Of a stretch of 64,000 nt of DNA, positions 1-13,773 are shown piece after piece. The position numbers and the translations under genes are program-made. The notes beneath the pieces are model-generated. The model did no database searches. It was given only the letters and a program-made list of their open reading frames with translations, and was not told where the DNA came from. The stretch is from positions 23,250,001 to 23,314,000 of the forward strand of contig OZ024761.1 in assembly GCA_964016885.1 (NCBI GenBank), read 5' to 3'. The DNA comes from Eledone cirrhosa (Eukaryota). Each line of letters starts with the position of its first letter. Position 1 is the first letter of the stretch.

Positions 1-38
1 GGTACGTTATGGTCCACCTGGTATCTTGCCACAACTGC

Positions 39-41
<3 letters not shown>
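1..41 (+). mobile_element. End fragment of the (TA)n-embedded fold-back element family
   Basis: GGTACGTTATGGTCCACCTGGTATCTTGCCACAA matches ~16591-16625 and the reverse complement of ~2147-2180; followed by (TA)n. Confidence 0.65.
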
Positions 42-81
<40 letters not shown>

Positions 82-84
<3 letters not shown>

Positions 85-498
85 CTCCCCTCTCTCTCTC
101 ATCTCTCCCCCTTTCTCTCTCATCTCTCCCCCTTTCTCACCTACCTTTCCCCCCTTTCTCACCTACCTCTCCCCCTTTCTCACCTACCTCCCCCCTTTCT
201 CACCTCCCTCTCCTCCCTCATCTCTCCTCCCCCCTTTCTCACCTACCTCTCCTCCCTCATCTCTCCTCCCTCATCTCTCCTCCCTCATCTCTCCTCCCTC
301 ATCTCTCCTCCCTCATCTCTCCTCCCTCTCTCCTCCCTCATCTCTCCTCCCTCTCTCCTCCCTCATCTCTCCTCCCTCTCTCCTCCCTCATCTCTCCTCC
401 CTCTCTCCTCCCTCTCTCCTCCCTCATCTCTCCTCCCTCATCTCTCCTCTCTTTCATTTCTCTCCTCTCTTTCATTTCTCTCCTCTCTTTCATTTATT

Positions 499-500
<2 letters not shown>
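82..500. repeat. Pyrimidine-rich minisatellite (CTCATCTCTCCTCC-like) between (TA)n runs
   Basis: Direct inspection. Confidence 0.85.
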
Positions 501-541
<41 letters not shown>

Positions 542-1690
542 TTATACGTCCACCAGACGGCACTAAAGTACCAAACCTTGTTGTTTATGTCACTAATAAT
601 ATCATTTGGCAGTTGTATCACGACTAAATCACATTGCTTTCACTCTCATTCTCACATACACGCCATTTTATCACTGACACAACCCCCCCCCCCCCCTCTT
701 TCTCTTCTCTCTCTATCAGCATTTGGTCATTGTCAATACATATTCCTATTTTATTGAGATACCAAAGCGCAGCCATGTTTAGACGTAGCGTAATTGCTCC
801 GTGCAAAGAAGAGACACGAAATGAGATGAGATTGGAAAAGAAAGAAAAAACGAAACTAGAAAGAGAAACTATACCCCCCCTCCACCCGCCCCAATCCCCT
901 CCGAAAAAAAGAAAGAAAAACAGACAAAATACACCCCTATCCAAAAGGAAGAAAAAAGCCTCTAGAGAAACAACACCCCACCCAAAAAAGAACGAACGAA
1001 AGAAAGAAAGAAGCAGCAAAAAGAATCTATACCCAATCCTCCCTCTCCCCACAAAAAAGAAAGACAAAAGAACAGATAAACTACACCCCACCTAGAAAAA
1101 GAGAGGAACTACACACCAACAAAGGAAAGAAAAGGAGAAACTACATCACTATCCCCCAAAATGAGAAGAGAGAAACTACATCCCATTTCCAGAAAGAAAG
1201 AAAGAAAGAAAGAAAGAAAAACAGGAACTAGAAGGAAAAAAACGAACAAGGAGAAACCACACGCTCCACCAAAAAGAGAAAGAAAGAAAAATAGAGGAAC
1301 TAGAAATCAACCAAAAGAAAAAGAACGAACAAGGAGAAACTACGCCCCTTCCCCGCCCTCTTCCAAAAGCAAAAGACAACACAAAACCAAACCAAAAAGA
1401 AAACACGAAGTGTTGAGATAAATGAGATCAACAAGTATTAAGAGCGTTACAACAACAACATGGTAAACAAAGGAAGAAGTATCAAGAGATATGTAATAGG
1501 ATTCGACTAACAGAAAATAACTCCAGTTTTACATTATAGACAAAAGACATGCAGAGGAATTCAAGCTTCGAAATTTGATTTCATGGTGATCTGGTCACGC
1601 TATATTCCTCTGAAACATAAAATCGAACTCTCCAAGAACCGGTTTGTGTTCGTGCCTTTGCCAGTGAAGGCTTATGGTGTCATATATATA

Positions 1691-2122
1691 TATTTATTAA
1701 AATAACAGATTAAACAAAGAATCGCTGCTTTCACCCTTAACGGGATCTTCTGAAACTAACATTAGTCTACGACTTCTTTTATACCATAAACGTGGTCCTG
1801 GCTTTGCGTGTAATTGTTTTTCACCGCTCCTATTAATGACGTATTATATTCGTTTTTTTCCCGTTCTTTGCCAGGGAACGTTTCCACAAACCAAAGTATC
1901 GTCTTCCTGTCTTCCTCTGGTTGCAACGTTTTTTGAAATATTCACTTCTGCGTTCACAGATTGACTTTAATTTCAGAAGTTCCCGTTAAGGGTGAAAGCA
2001 GCGATTCTTTGCTTAAACTTTAATCTATTATTTTAATAAATATTTGCTCTACGGTTCTTACATATTTGATATATTTATCCTTATCGAGCCCTCTTTGGAT
2101 TTTAGTCTTCAAATTTATTACT
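1691..2122. mobile_element. Putative Penelope-like pLTR island with inverted repeat
   Basis: Arms 1691-1755 and 1971-2043 are reverse complements; bounded by (TA)n; further fragments at 5504-5540, 5578-5667, 53438-53463 and 56896-56927. Confidence 0.55.
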
Positions 2123-2136
2123 ATATATATATATAT

Positions 2137-2288
2137 AACGAAGGAAGTGTGGTAAGGAACCAGGTGGACCATAACGCACCAGATTACTCGATACTTTGGG
2201 TAGTAGAGTGGGTAGTTGAAGAAGAGCCAAGACCCTGAAATAGCCGTCGAAACGGCTTGAGCTCTGCCCTCGGGGTCTTGACTCTTTT

Positions 2289-2290
<2 letters not shown>
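2137..2290 (-). mobile_element. Fold-back element family copy with one arm partly deleted
   Basis: Shares the TAGCCGTCGAAACGGCTTGAGCTC core and the unique arm with 16451-16634; flanked by (TA)n. Confidence 0.7.
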
Positions 2291-2339
<49 letters not shown>

Positions 2340-2542
2340 AAAGTATATATTGAGTTAAAAGCTCACAGTGCCATATAATTAAAATAGCTCAAGGAAAACA
2401 AATGTTTGTCTCGCCTTATAATATAATATATGATAAAGTGAGACAAACACAGATATATACATATATGCGTTCAAATCACAAGGGGCCTAAACTGCTAGAG
2501 TGAAGAAGATAATTATTATACTAAACATATATTTGTTGTACT

Positions 2543-2576
<34 letters not shown>

Positions 2577-2697
2577 CTCTGGATTCAATCCACTCCCATA
2601 ATTGCTGATTATTATAGAACATTGAGTTTCTGAGTTTTCTCTAATGTTCATAAATATAGCATATGTGAAATTCTCCATTTATACAACTTTATTTTGC

Positions 2698-2746
<49 letters not shown>

Positions 2747-3642
2747 TGTGTGTGTAACACACTATTTGCTATATATGTATATATTTTATATATATTTATA
2801 TATATAAAATAATAATAATAAAATATAATATATATATATATATATATATATGAGTGTGTGTGTGTAACACACTATTTGTTATATATATATATGTATATAT
2901 TTTATATATATATATATAAAATAATAAAATATATATATATATATATATATAATGTACCACTATATCTACGTCACATGACTAAATTTCCTGGCTTCTTTAT
3001 TCGGAGATTACATCACATGACTTCAACTAAAGAAACAATCTCCATTATTATTTGGTCGGCGAGCGAATTCTTAAAAGCTGCATTTTTACCTATTAAGGTA
3101 TGTTCCCTAGAAGCTATAAAACCACTACAATAACAGCACCTACTACTACAAATACACCCTCAACAACAACTAGTACAACAACATCATCATAGTCACTGCT
3201 ATAAAGTACCCTATATTAAATGAGGAAAGCCTTGTTTCTGGCGGCGGTTAAAATGGCGTTGGTCAGTATGGACTCAATACACTTAAACATGTAATTACGA
3301 TTGTGTCTTCGATATTTGGACACACAACTAATGTGAAATCAATAATTAAATACCTATCACGTTGTTTTAGGAAGATTTTACAGTGCTATTAAATGTCTAT
3401 TAGTCATTATTTGTCATTTAATTTCTAAAGCCAGCGCTGATTTTCGCGTCTTACTATACCATATTACTTAGCGTACGATAATGTCGTAATAGTAATAGTG
3501 GTGATGGTGGTGGTGTTGGTAGTAGGAGTGGTGGTGGTGGTGATGGTATTAGTATTCGTGGTGGTGTTGGTAGTAGTTGAGGTGGTAGTAGTGGTGATGG
3601 TATTCTTAGTGGTAGTGGTGGCCTTGTACTTAAAACAGAAGC

Positions 3643-3850
3643 CATTTGCCTTTCAACATTACGGGATCGATAAAATAAAGTACCAGTAATGCACTGGGAT
3701 AGCTGAGCTCAAATCCCGCCGAGGTTAACTTCGACTTTCATCCTTACGGGGTCGATAAAATAAAGTACCAGTAATGCACTTGGGTCGATTTAATCGACTT
3801 TCTCCTTCTCCCAAATTGCTGGCCTTGTGCCTATATAAGAAACCATTATA
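3643..3850 (+). mobile_element. tRNA-derived SINE, two partial copies in tandem
   Basis: Core TTTCATCCTTACGGGGTCGATAAAATAAAGTACCAGT and tail GCTGGCCTTGTGCC. Confidence 0.85.
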
Positions 3851-4202
3851 TTCTAATGCCAGTCCACATCTCTCCTAAGAACATCTAATAAAACTGCCCA
3901 ATTAATCTGACATTCTGATAGGGGCCCGTTCTTGTTACGGCCCTGACGTGCTTCTCATGAAAAAAAATATTAATGATTCTTGGAGGTGTTGTTCTCTCCG
4001 ATAGTAAGATTGCATGGAACGTTGTGACTACGGTGGCTGCCAAAAGATAGACTCGTTGTAGTAGATATCTACATTCCTCTGTAAGTCTCAATATGTGTTT
4101 TAAATATATAAAATATATTGAATACTTCGCGTTAATCATTTCGCGTTTTCTTTTTGAAAATATGCAGCATATATGTATGTTTGTATACACATATACACAC
4201 TT

Positions 4203-4259
<57 letters not shown>

Positions 4260-4340
4260 AATTAACGGAGCCATAGACTCTAGACTCACGCTATTCCCTG
4301 TCAATAATGTGCTGAAAGGAGAAGGAATCCTGAGCTCTTT

Positions 4341-4577
4341 AAAATACAATATGTTGAAAAGGTAACACACTAGAGAGAGATACAGTGTGCCATCAATAAC
4401 ACAGGGAAAACCACCAGTGTATGGAATATGAAAGGCAGAGTAGACACACGGTAATTAAAAATATCGTGTGTCTACCCTGCCTTTAATAAGTTATAGATTC
4501 CATACACTGGTGGTTTTTTCCTTGTTTTATTGATGGCACACTGTCTCTCTCTAGTGTGTTACCTTTTCAACAGATTG

Positions 4578-4582
<5 letters not shown>
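4341..4582. mobile_element. About 110-bp-arm inverted repeat; Penelope-like pLTR derivative
   Basis: Arms ~4342-4452 and ~4463-4582; the right arm recurs at ~5071-5160; island flanked by (TA)n. Confidence 0.6.
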
Positions 4583-4618
<36 letters not shown>

Positions 4619-4819
4619 TTTTTGTTTGTCTGACCCGAATTTTCTTGGTCGTATTTTCGGCTGTGCGAATAATTGTTTAAGCATCGTCTAAGTGTGTTGG
4701 TATTTAAACGTTAGTTATAGCTCTGGTTTATCCAAACTATTGAGCACTTTGCCACACATTTCGAAGATTGTGTTTCGTTATTTCGTGGGCCGAGGTTCCG
4801 ATTCTCGATAATTTATTTG

Positions 4820-4858
<39 letters not shown>

Positions 4859-4902
4859 AAGTAAAATAAAAGTCAAATGTTTAAAATTTAGTTTCGTTTA
4901 TT

Positions 4903-4957
4903 ACTGCTATATATATTTCGGTGACAGCCATCTTTGGCTGTGACCTCTTCAGGCAGT
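4903..4957 (-). ncRNA. Minimal type-I hammerhead ribozyme
   Basis: Minus strand reads ACTGC-CTGAAGA-GGTcACAGCCA(AAGA)TGGCTGTcACC-GAAA-T(ATAT)A-TA-GCAGT: stem I, canonical core, stem II, palindromic stem III, AUA cleavage triplet. Confidence 0.85.
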
Positions 4958-5286
4958 CCGAATTAGTGTGGTATAGACGAGTACATATGTTGTTGAGGTG
5001 TATAATTTTGTCAATACTCTGATATGCCCAGTTCCTGGTTGGGTTGTTATTTCACTGAGGAACTGGAATCATAGATTCCATACACTGGTGGTTTTTTCTT
5101 TGTTTTATTGATGGCACACTGTCTCTCTCTAGTGTGTTACCTTTTCAATATATTGTATTTATTCCAGTTATATGATTCCAGTTCCTCAGTGAAATAACAA
5201 CCCAACCAGGAACTGGGCATATCAGAGTATTGACAAAATTATACACCTCAACAACATATGTACTTGTCTATACCACACTAATTCGG

Positions 5287-5341
5287 ACTGCCTGAAGAGG
5301 TCACAGCCAAAGATGGCTGTCACTGAAATATATATAGCAGT
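5287..5341 (+). ncRNA. Minimal type-I hammerhead ribozyme (inverted copy)
   Basis: Same as 4903-4957 except the pair closing stem II is G-U; AATAAA follows immediately. Confidence 0.8.
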
Positions 5342-5534
5342 AATAAACGAAGCTAAATTTTAAACATTTGACTTTTATTTGACTTTATTTTACATTACTC
5401 CGGAGTAACCAAACCAACCTGCGCACTTCGTCGAGTGCCCCAACCTGCATACTGAGGTGTTGGTATACAACCAACATATACTCTCTCTCTCTCTATATAT
5501 ATATTCTTTGCTTAAACTTTAATCTGTTATTTTA

Positions 5535-5580
<46 letters not shown>

Positions 5581-5664
5581 ATAATAATAAATGTGAAGAT
5601 TAAAATCCAAAGAGGGCTCGATAAGGATAAATATATATCAAATATATAAGAACCCTAGAGTAAA

Positions 5665-5706
<42 letters not shown>

Positions 5707-5859
5707 GTGTGTGTATATTCTTAATTTTTCAAACTCTCACCATCCTGTCTCACAAGCTCTCTTTCTTGCTAAAAGACTAACGTTCGAAATGTGAAGACAT
5801 GCTTTCTTATATTATTTTACAGCAAGCGTGAAACTAGTAAGAATTAGTGTAACATACAC

Positions 5860-5918
5860 ACACACACAATATATATATATATATTTATATAATCATATAG
5901 ATATAAACATATCTATCT

Positions 5919-5960
<42 letters not shown>

Positions 5961-6010
5961 ATATCTATACATATATTTATATAATCATATAGATATAAAC
6001 ATATCTATCT

Positions 6011-6054
<44 letters not shown>

Positions 6055-6215
6055 ATATCTATACATATATTTATATATATATATATATATATATATAAAC
6101 ATATCTATACATATATTTATATATATATATATATATATATAAACATATCTATACATATATTTATATATATATATATATATATATAAAAATATATATATAT
6201 ATATATATATATATA

Positions 6216-6282
<67 letters not shown>

Positions 6283-6594
6283 ATATATATATATAAACAT
6301 ATATTTATATATATAAACATATCTATATATATATATATATTTTTTTTTTTGATAAAATTCTTATTTCATTGGTCAAAATAAATCAATGAATGAAGAGAAA
6401 AGAATGTCTACTAATGTGCTATTTAAGAATTAGTCAAAAGATTTTGACAACCACTACTGACATATTGCTGTGACTATGACAAACATCAGCTGGTATAACC
6501 CCCCCAACAGTATAAATGTTTACATAAATTTGACAGTTCTGTTATATTGCATTATATTTCAACCTATTATATATATATATATATGCATACACAG

Positions 6595-6655
<61 letters not shown>

Positions 6656-6662
6656 TACACAG

Positions 6663-6701
<39 letters not shown>

Positions 6702-6712
6702 TGCATACACAG

Positions 6713-6785
<73 letters not shown>

Positions 6786-6790
6786 TACAC

Positions 6791-6844
<54 letters not shown>

Positions 6845-6852
6845 GCATACAC

Positions 6853-6912
<60 letters not shown>

Positions 6913-7009
6913 GCATATATATATATGCATATATATATATGCATATATATATATATGCATATATATATATGCATATATATATATGCATATATATATATAT
7001 GCATATATA

Positions 7010-7074
<65 letters not shown>

Positions 7075-7115
7075 GCATATACATATATATATATGCATAT
7101 ACACATATATATATA
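5860..7115. repeat. (TA)n compound microsatellites interrupted by a ~210-bp AT-rich island
   Basis: Direct inspection. Confidence 0.9.
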
Positions 7116-7159
7116 TCGAAGTCGCCTGCTCGTTATATAGCGGTTTGTCACTATTATTG

Positions 7160-8165
7160 ATGGCTACTGCTGGTATTGTTCGTGGTAGCGATGGTGATGA
7201 TGATGCTGGCATTGTTGGCAGTGTTGTTGATGTCGTTGTTGCTATTTGAGATGTTTTTTGGTGGTGTCGATGGTATTGGAGGTGCTGATAGTGTCGAAGT
7301 ATTAGTTGTTGTTGGAGATGATGATGATGTTATTGGTGGCTTTGGACGTGTGGAAGGGGTTGGCGGTATTGCTGTTATTGGTGGTGGCGTCAGCGAGGGA
7401 GAAGTTGTTGGTGGTGGCGTCAGCGAGGGAGAAGTTGTTGGTGGTGGCGTCAGCGAGGTAGAAGTTGTTGGTTGTGGCGTCAGCGAGGGAGAAGTTGTTG
7501 GTGGTGGTGTTAGTGAGGGGAGAAGTTATTGGTGGTATTGATGGTATTGTTGTTGGTGTTGTCTGTGAGGGAGATGTTATTGGTGGTGGTGGTGTTGTTG
7601 GTTGTATTGGTGATGTTAGTGAGAGAGAAGTTATCGATGAGATGGTGGTGTTATCAGTGAGGGAGAAGTTGTTGTTGGTGCTGGAGGTGAGCGGGAAGCT
7701 ATTGTTGGTGGCAGTGAGGGAGAAGCTACTGGAGGAGATGGTGGTGTTATCAGTGAGGGAGAAGTTATTGGAGGTGCTATTCATGGTATTGGTGGTGATG
7801 GAGGTGAGGTAGAAGGTATTGGTGGAGACGGTGATGCTGGAGGCGAGGGGGAAGTTATTGTTGGTGTGAGTGAGGGAGATGCTTCTGGTGAAGACGGTGG
7901 TATTGGAGGTGAGGGGGAAGTTATTGGTGGAGAGGGTGGTATGCAGGTGAGGTAGAGGGTGATATTGGAGGTGAGGGAGATGCTTCTGGTGGAGAGGGTG
8001 GTTTTGGAGGTGAGGGAGAAGCTATTGGTGGAGAGGGTGGTATTGGAGGTGAGGGAGAAGCTATTGGTGGAGAGGGTGGTTTTGGAGGTGAGGGAGAAGC
8101 TATTGCTGGAGAGGGTGGTATTGGTGGAGAGGGTGGTATTGGAGGTGAGGGAGAAGCTATTGGTG
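7160..8165. repeat. GT-rich degenerate minisatellite with 30-bp and 39-bp units
   Basis: GGTGGTGGCGTCAGCGAGGGAGAAGTTGTT about 4 copies; GGTGGAGAGGGTGGTATTGGAGGTGAGGGAGAAGCTATT about 5 copies. Confidence 0.8.
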
Positions 8166-8379
8166 CCGCTTGCTGTGAAGATATAATGGCTATCATAGAT
8201 AAGAATCCTTCAAAGACTTCACCATATTTTTGATCAATCTATTAATCATATTTCATTATATTGATACATTCTGGTCTTTTTCTCTAGATTTTCATATCGA
8301 TTTCTCTTCACTAGTCTTTTTATATTTCCATAGAAGGGGGGGGGGGGGGGAGTTCTCGCCCTTCCTTCCTGTCTGTATT

Positions 8380-9100
8380 CTTTCCTTCCTCCCCACCTCT
8401 TTTTTTCCTTCCTCCCCACTTCTTTTTTTCCTTCCTCCCCACTTCTTTTTTTCCTTCCTCCCCACCTCTTTTTTTCCTTCCTCCCCACCTCTTTTTTTCC
8501 TTCCTCCTCAATTTTTTTCCTTCCTCCTCAACTTTTTTTCCTTCCTCCTCAACTTTTTTTCCTTCCTCCTCAACTTTTTTTCCTTCCTCCTCAACTTTTT
8601 TTCCTTCCTCCTCAACTTTTTTTCCTTCCTCCTCAACTTTTTTCCTTCCTCCTCAACTTTTTTCCTTCCTCTCCACCTTTTTTCCTTCCTCTCCACCTTT
8701 TTTCCATTCCTCCCCACCTCTTTTTTCCTTCCTACCTCTCTTTTTTTTCCTTCCTACTTCTCTTTTTTTTCCTTCCTACCTCTCTTTTTTTTCCTTCCTA
8801 CCTCTCTTTTTTTTCCTTCCTACCTCTCTTTTTTTTCCTTCCTACCTCTCTTTTTTTTCCTTCCTACCTCTCTTTTTTTTCCTTCCTACCTCTCTTTTTT
8901 CTTTCTCACCTCTCCTTTCTTTCGTTCTTTCGTTCTTTCTTTCCTTCTCACCTTCCTTCTCACCTACTTTCTTTCGTTCTTTCTTTCCTTCTCTCCTCTT
9001 CTTTCTTTCGTTCTTTCTTTCGTTCTTTCTTTCCTTCTCTTTATCTTTATTTCGTTCTCTTTCATTCTCTCTCTCTTTCATTCTCTTTCATTTTCATTCT
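8380..9100. repeat. Pyrimidine-rich minisatellite of about 21 bp
   Basis: TTTTTTTCCTTCCTCCTCAAC-like units. Confidence 0.85.
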
Positions 9101-9321
9101 TTCGATAAATGGGGTGGGATCACGTGGTGTGTGAGATTGGGGTAGGTCTAGTATATCCTTCCCTACTTACCTCCCTTCTGCTCATGTTTCCTTTCTTTCA
9201 TTCATTTTTTTTTTATTCCTTTCTTTATTTTTCCATATCATTTGCTGTTTTTCTTTTCACTGTCCTTCATTTTATCCGTCTTACAGTAATTCCAACTAAA
9301 CTTCCTTTTCCTCATTCTCTC

Positions 9322-9361
<40 letters not shown>

Positions 9362-9917
9362 ATATGTATATATACGTGTATGTATGTGTATATATATGTA
9401 TTTATATATATATAAATACTATATATATATATAAATACTATATATATATATAAATACTATATATATATATAAATACTATATATATATATAAATACTATAT
9501 ATATAAATACTATATATATATATATATACTATATATATATATATATACTATATATATATATATACTATATATATATATATATACTATATATATATATATA
9601 TACTATATATATATATATATACTATATATATATATATATACTATATATATATATATATACTATATATATATATATACAGTATTTATATACTATATATATA
9701 TATATATACTTTATATGTATAATTCTCTTTATCTACCCAGTTTTGTCTTGCTCTTTCCTATATGTTTGTTTCTTTCCTTCTTCATCTTATTCTGCCTCAT
9801 TTATCTCCCTGTCAAGTCGTAAAATAGAAAAATTATTATCTCTCAGTTAATATATCAATATATGCAGAATTACACATAGACATACGTACATATATATATA
9901 TATATATGTACATACAT

Positions 9918-10082
<165 letters not shown>

Positions 10083-10198
10083 CACATCCACACTCACATA
10101 TATGTGTATATATATATTTATATATATACACACACACAAACATGTATGTATGGAAGAAAATGTGAACATTAATAACTATGTACATATATATATATATG

Positions 10199-10229
<31 letters not shown>

Positions 10230-10420
10230 TCATGAATATATACATGTATATATATATTTATATGTACATATATATATATATATTTATATATATATATATT
10301 TATATATATATATATTTATATATATGTATATATTTATATTTATATATATGTATATATTTATATATATGTATATATATATTTATATATATGTATATATTTA
10401 TATATATATTTATATTTATT

Positions 10421-10490
<70 letters not shown>

Positions 10491-10616
10491 CACACACACA
10501 ATTAGCATATTATTATATAGCATACGTATACAAATATGCGGTACGTGTACGAGAGTGTTTACGAACATTAAAGCTATTATTTACAAATTTATAACAATTA
10601 ATTCATATATGTATGT

Positions 10617-10648
<32 letters not shown>

Positions 10649-10677
10649 CTGTATATATATATATATATAATCTATAT

Positions 10678-10721
<44 letters not shown>

Positions 10722-10941
10722 AACAGGTCTACTTACATACAGACTCAAACACACACATATGTGTGTATATATAAATAGAAAGTGAGATAGATAGATAGTT
10801 ATATGCATATATATGTATGTATATATGTGATTTAGTAGACGCCGCATTAATGTTACGCGCCATTAGGCGTTCAAAATAGGTATGTATATGTACATACACA
10901 TGCATATTTATACATATATATATATATATACATATACATAC

Positions 10942-10992
<51 letters not shown>

Positions 10993-11191
10993 CATACATA
11001 TATATATACATACATATATATATATATGTATATACATATATATACATATATGTATATATATACACACACATATATATGTGTGTGTGTGTAGAGAGAGAGA
11101 TAATATAGTTGGGGTTTGATATTCGTGAGTGCATCTGTGTATATGTTTTCGTATTAATTTCTAAATAGACATAGACAGAGCGTGTGTGTCC

Positions 11192-11241
<50 letters not shown>

Positions 11242-11328
11242 GAGAGAGAGAGGTTATGAAGCGTATTGTTTGTTGTAAAAGTATAGGCAGGACACAAAAA
11301 ATGCAGGAATTGGTATTTAAATAAGTAC

Positions 11329-11367
<39 letters not shown>

Positions 11368-11425
11368 AAAAGTGTCATATGTAGGAAAAGTGTCACACAC
11401 ACATATATATATAGGAAAAATGTCA

Positions 11426-11470
<45 letters not shown>

Positions 11471-11768
11471 CACATACATAGTATTGTGTGCATAGTGGAC
11501 TGGCCACCACCCTGATATAAGGACAAACTGAAGTAAAATCTTAAGTCTGTCAAAGTACCTCTTTCTTCATTTGACAACCGTAATAAATGAAGAACCGTCT
11601 GCCACGAAAGAACTTTGAGAAATCTCGTTTACCACACACATATATTGGAAAATGTGTGAAATCCTTGGTGCAGTTAGGTATATTGAAGGAAAAGAATGAC
11701 TTCACTTGTAGTTTTAAATAATTTTATTTAATTTTATCATATAATTTTACAATTTTGGTTGGTGATAA

Positions 11769-11799
<31 letters not shown>

Positions 11800-11878
11800 A
11801 GCAAGATGTATGGTAGGTCGTATGTGAATCGCTAGTGATACGTTGATGTAAATAATGAACTTACGATCACATGTTATA

Positions 11879-11925
11879 TGCCTTGAAAAGTCCCACCATA
11901 TGGTCGGACGAAACGGCTGTCGGCA
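11879..11925 (+). ncRNA. Minimal type-I hammerhead ribozyme, U3-A8 core variant
   Basis: TGCC-TTGAAAA-GTCCcACCATATGGTcGGAC-GAAAC-GGCT-GTC-GGCA overlapping AATAAA; lies in a (TA)n-bounded island ~11798-11975. Confidence 0.7.
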
Positions 11926-12137
11926 ATAAACTTGTTATAATGTCATAATAGTTCCTTTGTTCTTTTTCATTAATATATATATATATATATTTTTTAAAAT
12001 TTTATTTTCAACCAAAAAACTTTCTGGACTTTAGTAGTTATCTCCCCCCCCCCCCGCACGCAGTCTAGTATTGCGTGTGTGAAGTGACCGAGTTACTGCG
12101 AATGCGCGTTCGTACGGTTGTCCTTCCTGTTCCTATA

Positions 12138-12195
12138 ACCATACACATCCCGAGCTGAAGATCCGCGAAGGTGAAACAATTGTTTTCGGTATGGT
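12138..12195 (+). ncRNA. Minimal type-I hammerhead ribozyme with bulged stem I
   Basis: ACCATA(cacatc)CCGAG-CTGAAGA-tCC(GCGAA)GGt-GAAAC-AATT-GTT-TTCGG-TATGGT; palindromic stem III, GUU site; (TA)n-bounded island. Confidence 0.65.
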
Positions 12196-12282
12196 GAACT
12201 AACTGTTGTGTAACCACTTCTATATATATATATATATAATATTGCTAATGTTGAGAATAATGTTATAAGAATCTTAATTTTG

Positions 12283-12540
12283 AATTATAGGTTACGCACA
12301 ATCACTTCATGAAAACTTGCTGAGCACTTCACATTCTAAAATATATGGGCTGTTACGACACTGTCAAAGTATATATGGAATCTAAAGGAGAGCATAGTTA
12401 AAGAGTTAAAAAATATCTGTAGTGGAAAACTTCATACATGAAGGCTTCGAAATTATTTGAATTGTTTCTTTTATAGAAAAATATATTATTTGAACGGCGC
12501 CTCCATCGTTGAGAAATAAAAACACCTGCCCATATGTCAA
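12283..12540 (+). pseudogene. Decayed Penelope-like GIY-YIG endonuclease fragment
   Basis: IGYA near 12287, TTLSKYIWNLKE at 12355-12390, IEKYII at 12473-12490 and TCP at 12523-12531 occur in the expected order; frameshifted with stops. Confidence 0.6.
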
Positions 12541-12729
12541 TATATTACAGAAACTTCTTCCAGAATGACAATGGTTAAGTAAAATATATATAAAATACCT
12601 ATGCCAACATTTCTAGAAAAGTACGCCAGAATTGTTTATATATATATATTTTCTTAGATGTAGATTTATTACGTGCTAAATATATCTCCATGGATAATGT
12701 CACGATATTATGTTTTTTAAATTTGTATA

Positions 12730-12768
<39 letters not shown>

Positions 12769-12770
<2 letters not shown>

Positions 12771-12872
12771 TCCCGCCGAGGTTAACTTTGCCTTTCATCC
12801 TTACGGGGTCGATAAAATAAAGTACCAGTAATGAACTGGATATGTGCTGGCCTTGTGCCAAAAGTAGAAACA
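12769..12872 (+). mobile_element. SINE, 3' part
   Basis: Core and tail motifs. Confidence 0.85.
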
Positions 12873-12925
12873 AATGTTTTTGACAGACCTAGACTCATAT
12901 TCTCTTGCTGCACACACAAAAACAT

Positions 12926-12993
<68 letters not shown>

Positions 12994-13729
12994 CCCGTCG
13001 AAATGCGATTTTCGCTGAATTTAAATTTGTATATATTTATATATATACATATACATATATATATATATACATATACATATATATATATATACATATATAC
13101 ATATATATATATATACATATATACATATATATATATATACATATATACATATACATATATATATACATATATACATACATATATATATACATATACATAT
13201 ATATATATATATAGATATACATATATATATACATATAAATATATATACATATATATATATATATATAGATATGCATATATACATATATATATATATATAC
13301 ATATGTATATATATATATATATATACATATGTATATATATATATACATGTATATATATATATATGTGTATATATATATATATATATGTGTATATATATAT
13401 ATATATATGTGTATATATATATATATATACGTGTATATATATATATATACATACACGCTCATATATATATGTATATATATATATATATATATGTGTATAT
13501 ACTCTATTGAAACTAACTGAAAGTTAAAAGCCTCAACACATTTTTTAGTTTATTTACTCCTACAATTGGGCATATAAGCCCCTGGAGACGGGCGTCCTGT
13601 CCACTTTTTCCGACTTATTTGTTGAGCTCCTTCTACTATTCCCATAGTAAAAATAAAATAATATAATATAACATGCATGTTGAAGCTTTTAATGGGCGTT
13701 TCAATAATATATATATATATATAGAGATT

Positions 13730-13773
<44 letters not shown>

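Larger units (their letters stand above)
4853..5391. mobile_element. About 220-bp-arm inverted repeat with a hammerhead motif in each arm (Penelope-like inverted pLTR)
   Basis: 4853-5073 is a near-perfect reverse complement of 5170-5391. Confidence 0.75.
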
